NCBI GenBank assembly: GCA_900234795.1
Contig: LT962688.1
Coordinates: 3,840,001 to 3,872,000, forward strand
Reading direction: 5' to 3'
DNA: 32,000 nt
Source of the DNA: Methylorubrum extorquens
GTDB lineage: Bacteria > Pseudomonadota > Alphaproteobacteria > Rhizobiales > Beijerinckiaceae
A program made the position numbers and the translations under genes. Shown here in pieces: positions 1 through 8,766 of this stretch. Every line of letters begins with the position of its first letter. The stretch's first letter is position 1. The notes beneath the pieces were generated by a model. It was given only the letters and a program-made list of their open reading frames with translations. It made no database searches and was not told the DNA's origin.

Positions 1-1348
1 CGGGCGCGGCGGCGGATTCGATGACGGTCGCCGGGCAGGTGGCGTTGGTCGTGGCGGCGGGCAGACCGAGGGCGGCGTAGCGCGTACTCTGGAGGGCGCG
101 GGCCGCAGCGACCCGCGCGGCGGCCTCGGCCGAGCCTTCCGCGGGCGGCGGCAGGATCAGGTCGGCGGCGGTCACCGCCGCAACCTCGATCCGCAGGTCG
201 ATCCGGTCGAGCAGCGGCCCGGAGATGCGGGCCCCGTACTGGGCGACGCAGCGTTCGTTCGGCCCCCGGCGGCAGGCATAGCCCGGCTCCAGCGCCATGC
301 CGCAGCGGCACGGGTTCATCGCCGCCACGAGCTGGAACCGCGCTGGATAGGTGGTCCGGTGGTTGGCGCGGGCGATCATGATTTCGCCCGTCTCCATCGG
401 CTGGCGCAGGGAATCGAGCACCTGCGGCGTGAACTCGGGTAACTCGTCGAGGAACAGCACACCGCCATGGGCGAGCGAGGCCTCGCCGGGCCGCGCATTG
501 AGCCCGCCGCCGACCAGCGCCGCCATCGAGGCGGAATGGTGCGGCTGGCGGAACGGGCGCCGGTTCGAGAGGGCCCCGCCCTTCAACTCGCCCGCGACCG
601 ACTGGATCATCGAGACTTCGAGCAGTTCGCGCGGGCCCAGGGGCGGTAGGATCGAGGGAAGGCGCGCGGCCAGCATCGATTTGCCGGCGCCCGGTGGGCC
701 GTTCATCAGCAAGTTGTGGCCACCAGCGGCCGCGATCTCCAGGGCGCGCTTGGCGCCCTCTTGGCCCTTGATGTCGCGCAGATCCGACATCGGCCCGGTG
801 GGTGCCGCCACCGCGGGCTGCGGCCGGGCCATCACTTGGCTGCCCTTGAAGTGGTTGGCGAGCTGGATCAGCGAGCGCGGCGCCAGCACATCCATGTCGC
901 CGGCGGCCCAGGCCGCCTCGGGCCCGGTCGCGGCCGGGCAGATCAAGCCGAGGCCGCGCCCGTTGGCCGCCATCGCCGCAGGCAGCACGCCGGCCACCGC
1001 GGTGATCGAACCGTCGAGCGCGAGTTCGCCGAGCACGCAATAGCCGCCGAGCGCATCCGCCGGCAGCGCGCCGATGGCCCCCATCACCGCGAGCGCGATC
1101 GGCAGGTCGTAATGCGAGCCTTCCTTGGGCAGATCGGCCGGAGCGAGGTTGACCGTGATGCGCTTGGCCGGCAGCGCCAACCCCGAGGCGATCAGCGCCG
1201 AACGCACCCGCTCGCGCGATTCCGCCACCGCTTTGTCGGCCAGGCCGACGATGGTGAAGGCGACGGCACCCGCCGCGATCTGCACCTGCACATCGACGGC
1301 ACGCGCCTCGATCCCCTCGAAGGCGACGGTGGCGACGCGCGTGACCAT
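1..1348 (-). CDS. YifB/ComM-family Mg-chelatase-like AAA+ ATPase, N-terminal ~449 codons (C-terminus runs off the left window edge)
   Basis: My own reverse-strand translation from the ATG (complement of 1346-1348) reads MVTRVATVAFEGIEARAVDVQVQIAAGAVAFTIVGLADKAVAESRERV... It then shows Walker A LLMNGPPGAGKSMLA, Walker B GVLFLDELPEF and RFQLVAAMNPCRCG. It is missing from the ORF track only because it is open at the window edge. The + strand ORFs listed at 351-1612 are shadow frames. Confidence 0.9.
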   Translation of the reverse strand, partial: MVTRVATVAFEGIEARAVDVQVQIAAGAVAFTIVGLADKAVAESRERVRSALIASGLALPAKRITVNLAPADLPKEGSHYDLPIALAVMGAIGALPADALGGYCVLGELALDGSITAVAGVLPAAMAANGRGLGLICPAATGPEAAWAAGDMDVLAPRSLIQLANHFKGSQVMARPQPAVAAPTGPMSDLRDIKGQEGAKRALEIAAAGGHNLLMNGPPGAGKSMLAARLPSILPPLGPRELLEVSMIQSVAGELKGGALSNRRPFRQPHHSASMAALVGGGLNARPGEASLAHGGVLFLDELPEFTPQVLDSLRQPMETGEIMIARANHRTTYPARFQLVAAMNPCRCGMALEPGYACRRGPNERCVAQYGARISGPLLDRIDLRIEVAAVTAADLILPPPAEGSAEAAARVAAARALQSTRYAALGLPAATTNATCPATVIESAAAP

Positions 1349-1497
1349 GGTGCTGCGGCAAGCTCCGAACCCGGAGGTTGCAACCTAGGCGGCACTACGC
1401 GCGCTGGCAATCATGAGCGGGGCCGTATCGAGACGGGCAGGAACAACTGGGACGATCAACGGTTCGCCCGGCGTCTCTCTCAGTATTGGAGCGTCTC

Positions 1498-1758
1498 ATG
1501 TCCTTCCGCCCCCTCGCCGCCTTCGCCATCGGCTTCGCTCTCCTCAGCGGTCCGGTGCTCGCCGACGAGAAGCTGCCGCCCGACCAACAGGCCAAGGTCG
1601 AGGACATCCTGAAGAAGGAGGGCTTCACCAAGTGGAAGGAGATCGAACTCGACGACGGCATGATCGAGGTGGATGACGCCATCGACGCCAACGGCAAGCA
1701 GTTCGACCTGAAGCTCGACCCGAAGACCTTGGAGGTCGTGAAGCGCAAGGCGGAGTGA
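1498..1758 (+). CDS. small secreted PepSY-domain protein
   Basis: This is the track frame 1486-1758. GGAG at 1488-1491 lies 6 nt before ATG 1498. The signal peptide is MSFRPLAAFAIGFALLSGPVLA. The mature part, KVEDILKKEGFTKWKEIELDDGMIEVDDAIDANGKQFDLKLDPKTLEVV, fits the PepSY pattern. Confidence 0.7.
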   Translation: MSFRPLAAFAIGFALLSGPVLADEKLPPDQQAKVEDILKKEGFTKWKEIELDDGMIEVDDAIDANGKQFDLKLDPKTLEVVKRKAE

Positions 1759-1768
1759 CGAACCCGCT

Positions 1769-1791
1769 CCCGGAGAGGTCACCTCTCCGGG
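1769..1791. terminator. GC-rich stem-loop between convergent genes (ccggagagg / cctctccgg, 9-10 bp stem, short loop)
   Basis: The inverted repeat is read directly at 1770-1778 and 1782-1790, between the stop at 1758 (+) and the stop at 1793 (-). There is no U-run, so its terminator function is inferred. Confidence 0.5.
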
Positions 1792-1792
1792 A

Positions 1793-2281
1793 CTACCGCA
1801 CCTTTTTGAAGTAAGCGCCGCGATCGGCCACGCCCTGCCCGTCCGGCTTGAGGCCCTGCCAGCGCGTGACCAACGCCCCACCTTTGGCAAGGGTGAAGAG
1901 GGGTTGGCCCGGCTTGTAGACCGCCACCCCGTACCTGTTGACCGTTCTGCCATCGCCGTAGCGATCGAACGTCACCGCGAGATCCTGCCCCTCCGGGCGG
2001 GTCCGGCAGCGGAGCGTCTCGTCGGCCTGGAAGCCCCGCACCGTCAGAACGCATCCGTCGCTGACATCGGGGGGCAGCAACACGAGGTCGTAATTTACGA
2101 CGATGCCCGTGCCGCCGGCTGTGCGGCCGGCCGCGTGCTCGTAGCGGTAACGGCCCTGCCAATCTTTTGGCGCCCCCTCCTGTGCCGGCCCTCCGGCCCG
2201 ATCCTGCGCGCCGGCGGGCACGGACAGGCTCGCAAGCAGCGCGAGGACGGCGAGGCGCACCGGGATCGTGGTCATCCGCAT
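1793..2281 (-). CDS. secreted hypothetical protein
   Basis: This is the track ORF 1793-2344. I prefer the internal start MRMTTIPVRLAVLALLASLSVPAGAQ (ATG = complement of 2279-2281), which gives a clean signal peptide. I recognise no domain with confidence. Confidence 0.6.
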   Translation of the reverse strand: MRMTTIPVRLAVLALLASLSVPAGAQDRAGGPAQEGAPKDWQGRYRYEHAAGRTAGGTGIVVNYDLVLLPPDVSDGCVLTVRGFQADETLRCRTRPEGQDLAVTFDRYGDGRTVNRYGVAVYKPGQPLFTLAKGGALVTRWQGLKPDGQGVADRGAYFKKVR

Positions 2282-2384
2282 GGCCTTTCCCTGCCTTGGC
2301 CTCTCTCTTCCCCGAAGCATGGCCGCGCTGCCGGAGGGAGGCAACCCGCTTGCATCCCGCCGCGCGGGCCGTCATATACGGCGC

Positions 2385-2478
2385 GGGAGGTTGGCGAGGG
2401 ACGTTTCACTCGCCAACCGGGTCAGGTCCGGAAGGAAGCAGCCCTAACGAGACCGAGCGGGTCTTCGTCCAGCCTCCC
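2385..2478 (+). ncRNA. ffs: signal recognition particle RNA (4.5S-type, ffs)
   Basis: The window contains the universally conserved SRP domain IV core GGTCAGGTCCGGAAGGAAGCAGCC. The closing helix pairs 5' GGGAGGTTGGCGAGGGACG with 3' CGTCCAGCCTCCC. Its position directly upstream of dnaX is the usual bacterial synteny. Confidence 0.9.
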
Positions 2479-2537
2479 ACCCTCGCTGTCCGCTTGAGCT
2501 GGACGGCCCGGCCTCTTCCGAAAATCCGAACGGCGGC

Positions 2538-4412
2538 ATGGACGAGACGCACGGCACGCTCACCGACGAGCCGGGCCTGCCCGGCATGCCCACCCCCGCG
2601 CCCGTGCCGGCCACGACGCCTTACCGGGTGTTGGCGCGAAAATATCGCCCCCAGACCTTCGATGATCTGATCGGCCAGGGCGCCATGGTGCGCACGCTGG
2701 GCAATGCCTTTGCGGCCAACCGCATCCCGCAAGCCTGGATGCTCACGGGCGTGCGCGGCGTCGGCAAGACGACCACCGCCCGCATCCTCGCCCGCGGCCT
2801 CAACTACCTGCGCACCGGCCAGCCGGATACCGGCCCGACCGTGTCGATGCCGGAACTCGGCCAGCACTGCCAGGCGATCATGGAATCCCGGCACATGGAC
2901 GTGCTGGAGATGGACGCCGCCTCGCATACCGGCATCGACGATGTGCGCGGCATCATCGACGGCATCCGCTACTCGCCGGTCTCGGCCCGCTACAAGGTCT
3001 ACATCGTCGACGAGGTCCACATGCTCTCGGAGAAGGCGTTCAACGCCTTCCTGAAGACGCTGGAGGAGCCGCCGCCCCACGCCAAGTTCGTGTTCGCGAC
3101 CACCGAGATCCGCAAGGTTCCGGTGACGATCCTGTCGCGCTGCCAGCGCTTCGACCTGCGCCGGGTCGAGGCCGACGTGCTCGCCGCCCACCTGAAGAAG
3201 ATCTGCGCTGCGGAAGGGGTGGAGGCCGAGGATGAGGCGCTCGCCGCCGTCACCCGCGCCGCCGAGGGCTCGGTGCGCGACGCGCTCTCGCTGCTCGATC
3301 AGGCCATCGCCCATGGAGCCGGCGCGGTCTCGGCTGCGGGCGTGCGCGACATGCTCGGCCTCGCCGACCGCTCGCGCATCGTCGATTTGTTCGAGGCCGT
3401 GATGCGCGGCGACGTGCCGGCCGCCTTCGCCGAGATCCGCGCCCAGTACGACGCGGGCGCCGACCCGGCGGTGGTGCTCTCGGATCTCGCCGGCTTCACC
3501 CATCTCGTCACCCGCCTCAAGCTCGTGCCGGGGGCAGAGGCCGACCCCACCTTAAGCGAGGCGGAGCGCGTGCGCGGCGTGGCGTTTGCCGGGCGCCTGC
3601 CGGTGCGGGCCCTGTCGCGGGCGTGGCAGATCCTGCTGAAGGCGCTGCCCGAAGTGCAGGCCGCCCCCCGCCCGCTCGCCGCCGCCGAGATGGCGATCGT
3701 GCGGCTGGCCTATGCCGCCGATCTGCCGACGCCCGACGAGGCCCTGCGCCAGCTTCGGGCCGACATCGCCTCGTCCGAGGGCAACGGCGCCGCTCGCCCG
3801 AGCCTCGGACGCGATGGCGGGTCCCCCATGGCCTCGCACGGCTCGGCCGCGCTGCAGATGGCGCCGCCCGCCCCGCAGCCCTCGCCTCGGCCGACCCTGG
3901 CCGCGGTGCCCTCCCCTGTCACCGCTGCGGCGCCGCAACCCGCATCGCGCCCGGCTCCGGTGGCCCCGGCCGGTCCGCGGCTCGGGCGCTTCGAGGACGT
4001 GGTCGCCCAGGCCGAGGCCGCCCGCGACATCGCCCTCAAGGTGGCGCTGGAGCGCGACGTGCATCTGGTGCGCTTCGAGGAGGGGCGGATCGAGTTCCGC
4101 CTCGCGCCCGGCGGCCGGCAGAGCCTCCCGACCGATCTCGCCCGCGCCCTCGATGCCTGGACCGGACGGCGCTGGCTGGTGGCCCTCTCCAAGGAGCAGG
4201 GTGCGCCGACGCTCGCGGAAAACACGCGGGCGGCCGAGGAAACCCGCCACCAGAACGCCGCCGCCCACCCGCTGGTGCGGGAAGTGCTCTCGCGCTTCCC
4301 TGGCGCGCAGATCGTCGATGTGCGCGACAAGGCGCCGGAGACCGACAGCGCCGCGGCGGAGGGTGCCGGGCCGGCCGCCCCGCCGCCCGAAGAGACGGAC
4401 GACGACGCCTGA
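2538..4412 (+). CDS. dnaX: DNA polymerase III subunits gamma/tau
   Basis: The 624-aa ORF shows YRVLARKYRPQTFDDLIGQ, Walker A GVRGVGKTTTARI, Walker B YKVYIVDEVHMLS, the sensor motif ATTEIRKVPVTILSRCQRF, and a Pro/Ala-rich linker followed by the tau C-terminal domain. Confidence 0.97.
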   Translation: MDETHGTLTDEPGLPGMPTPAPVPATTPYRVLARKYRPQTFDDLIGQGAMVRTLGNAFAANRIPQAWMLTGVRGVGKTTTARILARGLNYLRTGQPDTGPTVSMPELGQHCQAIMESRHMDVLEMDAASHTGIDDVRGIIDGIRYSPVSARYKVYIVDEVHMLSEKAFNAFLKTLEEPPPHAKFVFATTEIRKVPVTILSRCQRFDLRRVEADVLAAHLKKICAAEGVEAEDEALAAVTRAAEGSVRDALSLLDQAIAHGAGAVSAAGVRDMLGLADRSRIVDLFEAVMRGDVPAAFAEIRAQYDAGADPAVVLSDLAGFTHLVTRLKLVPGAEADPTLSEAERVRGVAFAGRLPVRALSRAWQILLKALPEVQAAPRPLAAAEMAIVRLAYAADLPTPDEALRQLRADIASSEGNGAARPSLGRDGGSPMASHGSAALQMAPPAPQPSPRPTLAAVPSPVTAAAPQPASRPAPVAPAGPRLGRFEDVVAQAEAARDIALKVALERDVHLVRFEEGRIEFRLAPGGRQSLPTDLARALDAWTGRRWLVALSKEQGAPTLAENTRAAEETRHQNAAAHPLVREVLSRFPGAQIVDVRDKAPETDSAAAEGAGPAAPPPEETDDDA

Positions 4413-4501
4413 GGCTCACGCCGCACCCTGGCAAGCCCGGACCCCTGCGCCTAAGTGCGGGGAACCGACCCTTTCTCGACCGGAACCGGAGCGAACCCAC
4501 C

Positions 4502-4825
4502 ATGCGCGACCTCATGGGCATCATGAAGCAGGCCCAGGCCATGCAGGAGAAGATGGCCTCGGTTCAGTCCGAACTCGAAGCGGTCGAGGTGTCGGGCGCC
4601 TCCGGCGGTGGCGCCGTGACCGTGCGGATGACGGCCAAGGGTCAGGTGCTCGGCGTTTCGATCGATCCGAGCCTGATGGTCGCCGACGAACGGGAAATCC
4701 TGGAGGACCTGATCGTCGCCGCCTGCAACGACGCCCGCGGCAAGGCCGAGGCGACCGCCCAGGAAAAGATGGCGGAGCTGACGAAGGGTCTGCTGCTGCC
4801 GCCCGGCATGAAACTGCCGTTCTAG
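4502..4825 (+). CDS. ybaB: YbaB/EbfC-family nucleoid-associated protein
   Basis: This is the C-terminal 107 codons of track ORF 3623-4825, starting at ATG 4502: MRDLMGIMKQAQAMQEKMASVQSELEAVEVSGASGGGAVTVRMTAKGQVLGVSIDP... This is the classic YbaB sequence and the classic position after dnaX. Confidence 0.93.
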   Translation: MRDLMGIMKQAQAMQEKMASVQSELEAVEVSGASGGGAVTVRMTAKGQVLGVSIDPSLMVADEREILEDLIVAACNDARGKAEATAQEKMAELTKGLLLPPGMKLPF

Positions 4826-5037
4826 GGGTGATTCGACAGGATCAGCGGCGGGTTGTGTTCAGTCCGCCGGCAAAGGTCATGGCGTAGGGTGCGCGGCGTT
4901 CTGCCGCATACTGTTATGAAGGCGAGATCGATCGCCCTCGTACGGAACTCGCCCTTGGAATTAAAACGATAAATCAGGGACTTGGCTCGATCCGGCCATG
5001 GAACATCAGGGTTGCCGCCAAGCCCGCCATCTGAACG

Positions 5038-5066
5038 TTGGCCGAACGAAGCAACACAACTATAAA
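5038..5066 (+). promoter_or_regulatory. candidate sigma70-type promoter (TTGGCC-N17-TATAAA) in an AT-rich island
   Basis: Read directly: TTGGCC at 5038-5043, a 17-nt spacer, TATAAA at 5061-5066. It lies in the only clearly AT-rich stretch of this part of the window. There is no experimental support. Confidence 0.3.
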
Positions 5067-5208
5067 TTTTGTTAAAGCAAGTATTTCGCTGAGCAGGCAA
5101 GGTGATTGGGCCGGGTCGAACGCGGCCCCCCCTTAGCGAGGCTCGGCGGTTCCGCCGGTCCCTCCGATCTGGGCCGGCGGAACCACCGCCCTGATTCGGG
5201 GAGATACC

Positions 5209-5343
5209 GTGCCAATCCTGCTCTCGGTTTCCGCGATCGCCGCGGGCGTTGCTCTCGCGGCCCTTGTGGGCACCAACCTCTGGGCCCTGCGCGTCGCCGC
5301 CGCGATGGCTGCGGCGGAAGACGAGCGCGGGGCAGGTTGCTGA
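5209..5343 (+). CDS. possible 44-aa hydrophobic small protein (below the ORF-track size cut-off)
   Basis: A GTG at 5209 is preceded by GGGGAGA (5198-5204). It translates to VPILLSVSAIAAGVALAALVGTNLWALRVAAAMAAAEDERGAGC-stop (TGA 5341-5343). That is one predicted transmembrane helix. In a high-GC genome this could be chance. Confidence 0.25.
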   Translation: MPILLSVSAIAAGVALAALVGTNLWALRVAAAMAAAEDERGAGC

Positions 5344-5379
5344 ACCGGCGCCGCGTCTCTTCGGAGGTCAGCCGGCGCG

Positions 5380-7794
5380 TCAGGCCGAAAGCCGCAGAGG
5401 CGTCCCTTCCAGGCTCGGCGTGAGGTCCGCGTCCTCGCCGTGGCGGGCAACCACCACCCGGGCCACACCGGTTTCCTTGGCGAGGCGATAGAGCGAGATC
5501 AGAGCCGGGTCGTCGGACGCCGCATCCGAGGCGATCACGATCGAATCCATGCAGGGTCCGACCGCGGGAATGAGGTCGGCACCGTCCTCGGCATGGCGCG
5601 CATCGAGGCGGCACAGCACCCAATCGTAACTCTGCGACAGGGCGTTGAGCCCGATGGCGAGGCCTTGCGGCTCCTCCACCAGCACATCGAGAGGCGCGGC
5701 GCCGCGCTTCACCGCGTGGAGACGCGAACCCCGCACCGGCTGGATCACGTCGAGGAAGTCGGCCGCACCGGCGACCAGATCGGTCAGGCCCGGCTCGGAC
5801 GGCCCGGAGACCACACCGTTCACATCGACCAGCAGCGTCTGGTAGCGCGGACCGAGCACCCGGGCGAGATTGGAGGCGAGACCGGGCGTGCCGTCGGCGC
5901 GCGGGGTTTCGACCACGAGCACACAGCCCCCCTTGGACGGCCCGGCCAACGGCCCCCTGCCCTGTCCCCGGCCCTGCGACTGGCCCGTTCCGTTCTCCAG
6001 CCGGGCGATCAGCCCGTCGAGATCTGCAGAGGAGGCGGAGGATTTGGCGGGGACGCCGAACCCTTCCTTGTCCGTTTTCGCCCCATCCGCTTGCGCGGCC
6101 GCCTCGGCTCCGATCGGCGCCGTGCTGGCGAAGACCGGGTGATGCACCGTTGCTGTCGCCCTCAGGGAATGGGCGAAGGCGAGGGCCGGCGCGAAGCGTT
6201 CCGCCGCCGAGGCCGGATAGGCGCCACCATAGACCGGCTCGTAGACAGGGCGGCGCGACGGGGGCGGCTCCGGCTCGGGATAGAAGTCGCGGGGGCGATC
6301 GGTCCGGGTGCTTTGGACGAGGGGCTCCCCCTCATCCCCGGTGCGGTCTCCGCCCGGCCCGGCCGGCGTGACGAGGAGATGGCGGCCGATGACCCCTGCG
6401 CTCGCGAGCAGGAAGGCCAGCATCGTGGCGAAGGCGACGATCGGCAGCTTCTTGGGGAAGGAGGGCAGATCGGGCACGATCGCACGGGACACCACGCGGG
6501 CATTGGCCGGGCTGGCATTCTCGGCATCACGCGCGGCGGCCTCGCGGTAGCGGGCGAGATAGGATTCGAGCTGTTCGCGCTGGGATTTCGCCTCGCGCTC
6601 CAGGGCGCGCAGCTCCACCTCGCTGGTGTTGCCCTTGGCGACCACGTCCTGCTGGCCCTCGACCGCCGCGCGCAGGCTCTCGACCCGGGCGCCCGCGATC
6701 TTGGCGTCGTTCTCGAGAGTACGCACCACCCGCTCGGCGGCGGCCTTGATCTGATTCTCGAGATCTTGGACCTGGGCCGTCAGCTCCTTGATGCGCGGGT
6801 GGGCCGGCAGCAGCGTGCGCGATTCGAGGGCGAGCTGCGCACGCATCGCCATGCGGCTCTCGACGGTTCGCCGAATCAGCTCGTTGTTGGCGACATCGGG
6901 GATCTCGAAGGCACGGCCTTCCTTGATCATGTCTTTGAGGAGCTTGGCGCGGGCGGTCAGGTCCGCCTGGATCGTGCGGGCCTGCGAGAGCTGGCTCGAC
7001 AATTCGGAGAGCTGCTGGGACGAGAGCGGCTGAGCCGCCGCGCTGCTGCCCGTGCCGATCAGGCCGTGCTTGGTGCGGAATGCCTCGACCTTCGCTTCGG
7101 CTTCGGCCACGCGGGCGCGCAGGTTCGCGATGTTGTTGCCGAGCCAGGTCGAGGCGTAACGGGCGGTATCGACGGAGGCCGCCTCCAGCGAGGCGAGGTA
7201 GAGGTCCGCCACCGTGTTGGCGCCGCGCGCGGCGAGTTCGGGATCGCGCGAGCGGAACTCGACGGCGAGGATGCGCGACTTGCCGACCGGATAGACCAGC
7301 AGGTGGTCGAGGTAGCTTTCGAGGATGCGATCCTCGGACGGACGATCCATCGGCGCCGAGACGAGCCCGAGCATCATCAGCGTGCGCCGGATCGCCGAAC
7401 TGCCCTCGGCCTCCGGATCGAATTCGGGGTTTCCGACCAGCTTCAGGCTGCGAATCGCTTCGCGGGCGATGTCGCGCGACATCGCCACCTGTACTTGGCT
7501 CGCGACGGCCTGCTCGTCGATCGGCTGGGTCTGGTCCGTCCGCTCGGCGGCGGTGCGGGCGAAGGCGGGGTCGCGGCTTTCCAGCAAAACCTTGGCTTCG
7601 CCGGTGTAGCGCGGGGTCACGACCTGCACGAAGACGCCCGCCCCGATCGCGGCCACGAGCGTCGGCACGGCGATCCAGGCCCAGGAGCGGCGCAGGACGC
7701 CGCCAATCTGCGCCACCGCCAATCCATCGCCGGGCCCACCGGGCCCACCGGAGGGCGGAAGAGACGGATCGGTCGACAGCCTGAGGCGCGGCAT
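5380..7794 (-). CDS. exopolysaccharide chain-length determinant / polysaccharide co-polymerase (ExoP/GumC/Wzc-like) with a degenerate C-terminal kinase-like domain
   Basis: The 804-aa ORF has an N-terminal Wzz-type segment (WAWIAVPTLVAAIGAGVFVQVVTPRYTGEAKVLLESRD), a long coiled-coil periplasmic region, a second TM (LPIVAFATMLAFLLASAGVIG) and a C-terminal P-loop-like fold. Confidence 0.85.
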   Translation of the reverse strand: MPRLRLSTDPSLPPSGGPGGPGDGLAVAQIGGVLRRSWAWIAVPTLVAAIGAGVFVQVVTPRYTGEAKVLLESRDPAFARTAAERTDQTQPIDEQAVASQVQVAMSRDIAREAIRSLKLVGNPEFDPEAEGSSAIRRTLMMLGLVSAPMDRPSEDRILESYLDHLLVYPVGKSRILAVEFRSRDPELAARGANTVADLYLASLEAASVDTARYASTWLGNNIANLRARVAEAEAKVEAFRTKHGLIGTGSSAAAQPLSSQQLSELSSQLSQARTIQADLTARAKLLKDMIKEGRAFEIPDVANNELIRRTVESRMAMRAQLALESRTLLPAHPRIKELTAQVQDLENQIKAAAERVVRTLENDAKIAGARVESLRAAVEGQQDVVAKGNTSEVELRALEREAKSQREQLESYLARYREAAARDAENASPANARVVSRAIVPDLPSFPKKLPIVAFATMLAFLLASAGVIGRHLLVTPAGPGGDRTGDEGEPLVQSTRTDRPRDFYPEPEPPPSRRPVYEPVYGGAYPASAAERFAPALAFAHSLRATATVHHPVFASTAPIGAEAAAQADGAKTDKEGFGVPAKSSASSADLDGLIARLENGTGQSQGRGQGRGPLAGPSKGGCVLVVETPRADGTPGLASNLARVLGPRYQTLLVDVNGVVSGPSEPGLTDLVAGAADFLDVIQPVRGSRLHAVKRGAAPLDVLVEEPQGLAIGLNALSQSYDWVLCRLDARHAEDGADLIPAVGPCMDSIVIASDAASDDPALISLYRLAKETGVARVVVARHGEDADLTPSLEGTPLRLSA

Positions 7795-8015
7795 GGGCAG
7801 TCTTTACGAAGGCAGGACGCGGATCGGGGTGATCGATCCGTCTTGGGCCAGTTGAGGTCGTTAAGGTTGACTTCCCGTTAAGAGCCGCAGCCTCCCGTCG
7901 TCGGCATTCGAGACGAGAGGTCGAACCCGAGTTGTGATTCCGGCCGGTCGCGCGGCCGGATCAGCATTCGTTAACCATGCGCCGTTAAGTAACGCCGAGG
8001 TTCTTCACAACGGCG

Positions 8016-8594
8016 ATGGCGATGCAGCGGCGCGCATTTCTCCTGGCCCTTCCGTCCGTCCTCGCGCTCGGCGGCTGCCTGCGTCCGGATTTCCGGACCG
8101 TCGATCTCGATGCCACCGGCACCGGTTCCATCGGCACGCGCTACTCTCTGGCGGCGGGCGACAAGCTTCGGGTCATCGTGTTCGGGCAGGACAACCTGTC
8201 CAACATCTACGCGGTCGATGGCGGCGGGCGGATCGCGATGCCGCTGATCGGCGTGGTTCAGGTCGGCGGGCAGACGACCGCTCAGGCCGCCCGGCTGATC
8301 GAATCGAAGCTCGCCGCCGGCTATGTGCGCGAGCCGCACGTGACGGTCGAGGTCGATGCCTACCGGCCCTTCTACATCCTCGGTGAGGTGACGACCTCGG
8401 GGCAATACCCTTACGTCAACGGCATGACCGTCGAGACGGCCGTGGCGATCGCCGCGGGCTTCGGCCCACGGGCGGCACGCGACTACGCGGTGCTGACCCG
8501 CGAGGGTCAGGGCGGGCTCATCAACGGCATCGTCCCGATGTCCTACCCGGTGCGGCCGGGCGACACGATCGTCGTCAAGGAGCGGTTCTTCTGA
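8016..8594 (+). CDS. polysaccharide export outer-membrane lipoprotein (Wza/ExoF/GumB family)
   Basis: The 192-aa ORF has a lipobox in MAMQRRAFLLALPSVLALGGC. It also shows the family motifs YSLAAGDKLRVIVFGQDNLS, DGGGRIAMPLIGVVQVGGQT, RPFYILGEV and GDTIVVKERFF. Confidence 0.85.
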   Translation: MAMQRRAFLLALPSVLALGGCLRPDFRTVDLDATGTGSIGTRYSLAAGDKLRVIVFGQDNLSNIYAVDGGGRIAMPLIGVVQVGGQTTAQAARLIESKLAAGYVREPHVTVEVDAYRPFYILGEVTTSGQYPYVNGMTVETAVAIAAGFGPRAARDYAVLTREGQGGLINGIVPMSYPVRPGDTIVVKERFF

Positions 8595-8766
8595 GCCGGC
8601 TCATCGCGACGTTCACCAACCCCTAACCGCGATCTACGAAAGCCGGCCAGCAGAGGCCTCCGCCTACCGTTTGCGCTTGCCCTTTAACCGGCTGCTGACG
8701 GCGCCATGACGATCTTCCGCCGGTTCGGGCCCCGCATCGGGGCCGCCCGCGCGGAGACCGACTGCC

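Noticed and set aside
351-1612. + strand ORFs of 230 and 298 aa at the left edge
   Set aside because: They are antisense to the YifB/ComM-like ATPase, whose motifs are unambiguous on the minus strand.
1498-1758. Possible link between the PepSY protein and lanthanide biology (lanpepsy-type proteins)
   Set aside because: It is a single small PepSY domain more than 10 kb from the lut island, separated by housekeeping and EPS genes. Nothing in the sequence supports metal binding.
2538-4412. Programmed ribosomal frameshift site in dnaX (gamma subunit production as in E. coli)
   Set aside because: I looked for an A-rich slippery heptamer (A AAA AAG type) followed by a hairpin and found no such run in the gene. 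The many overlapping ORFs at 3552-4887 are GC shadow frames.
4822-5100. 92-aa minus-strand ORF in the AT-rich island
   Set aside because: It has no RBS, no recognisable domain, odd composition and a start inside the AT-rich promoter-like stretch. It is more likely non-coding.
5440-7881. 813-aa ORF on the + strand
   Set aside because: It is antisense to the ExoP/GumC-like gene. The sequence is low-complexity and Arg/Gly-rich, with no domain signature.
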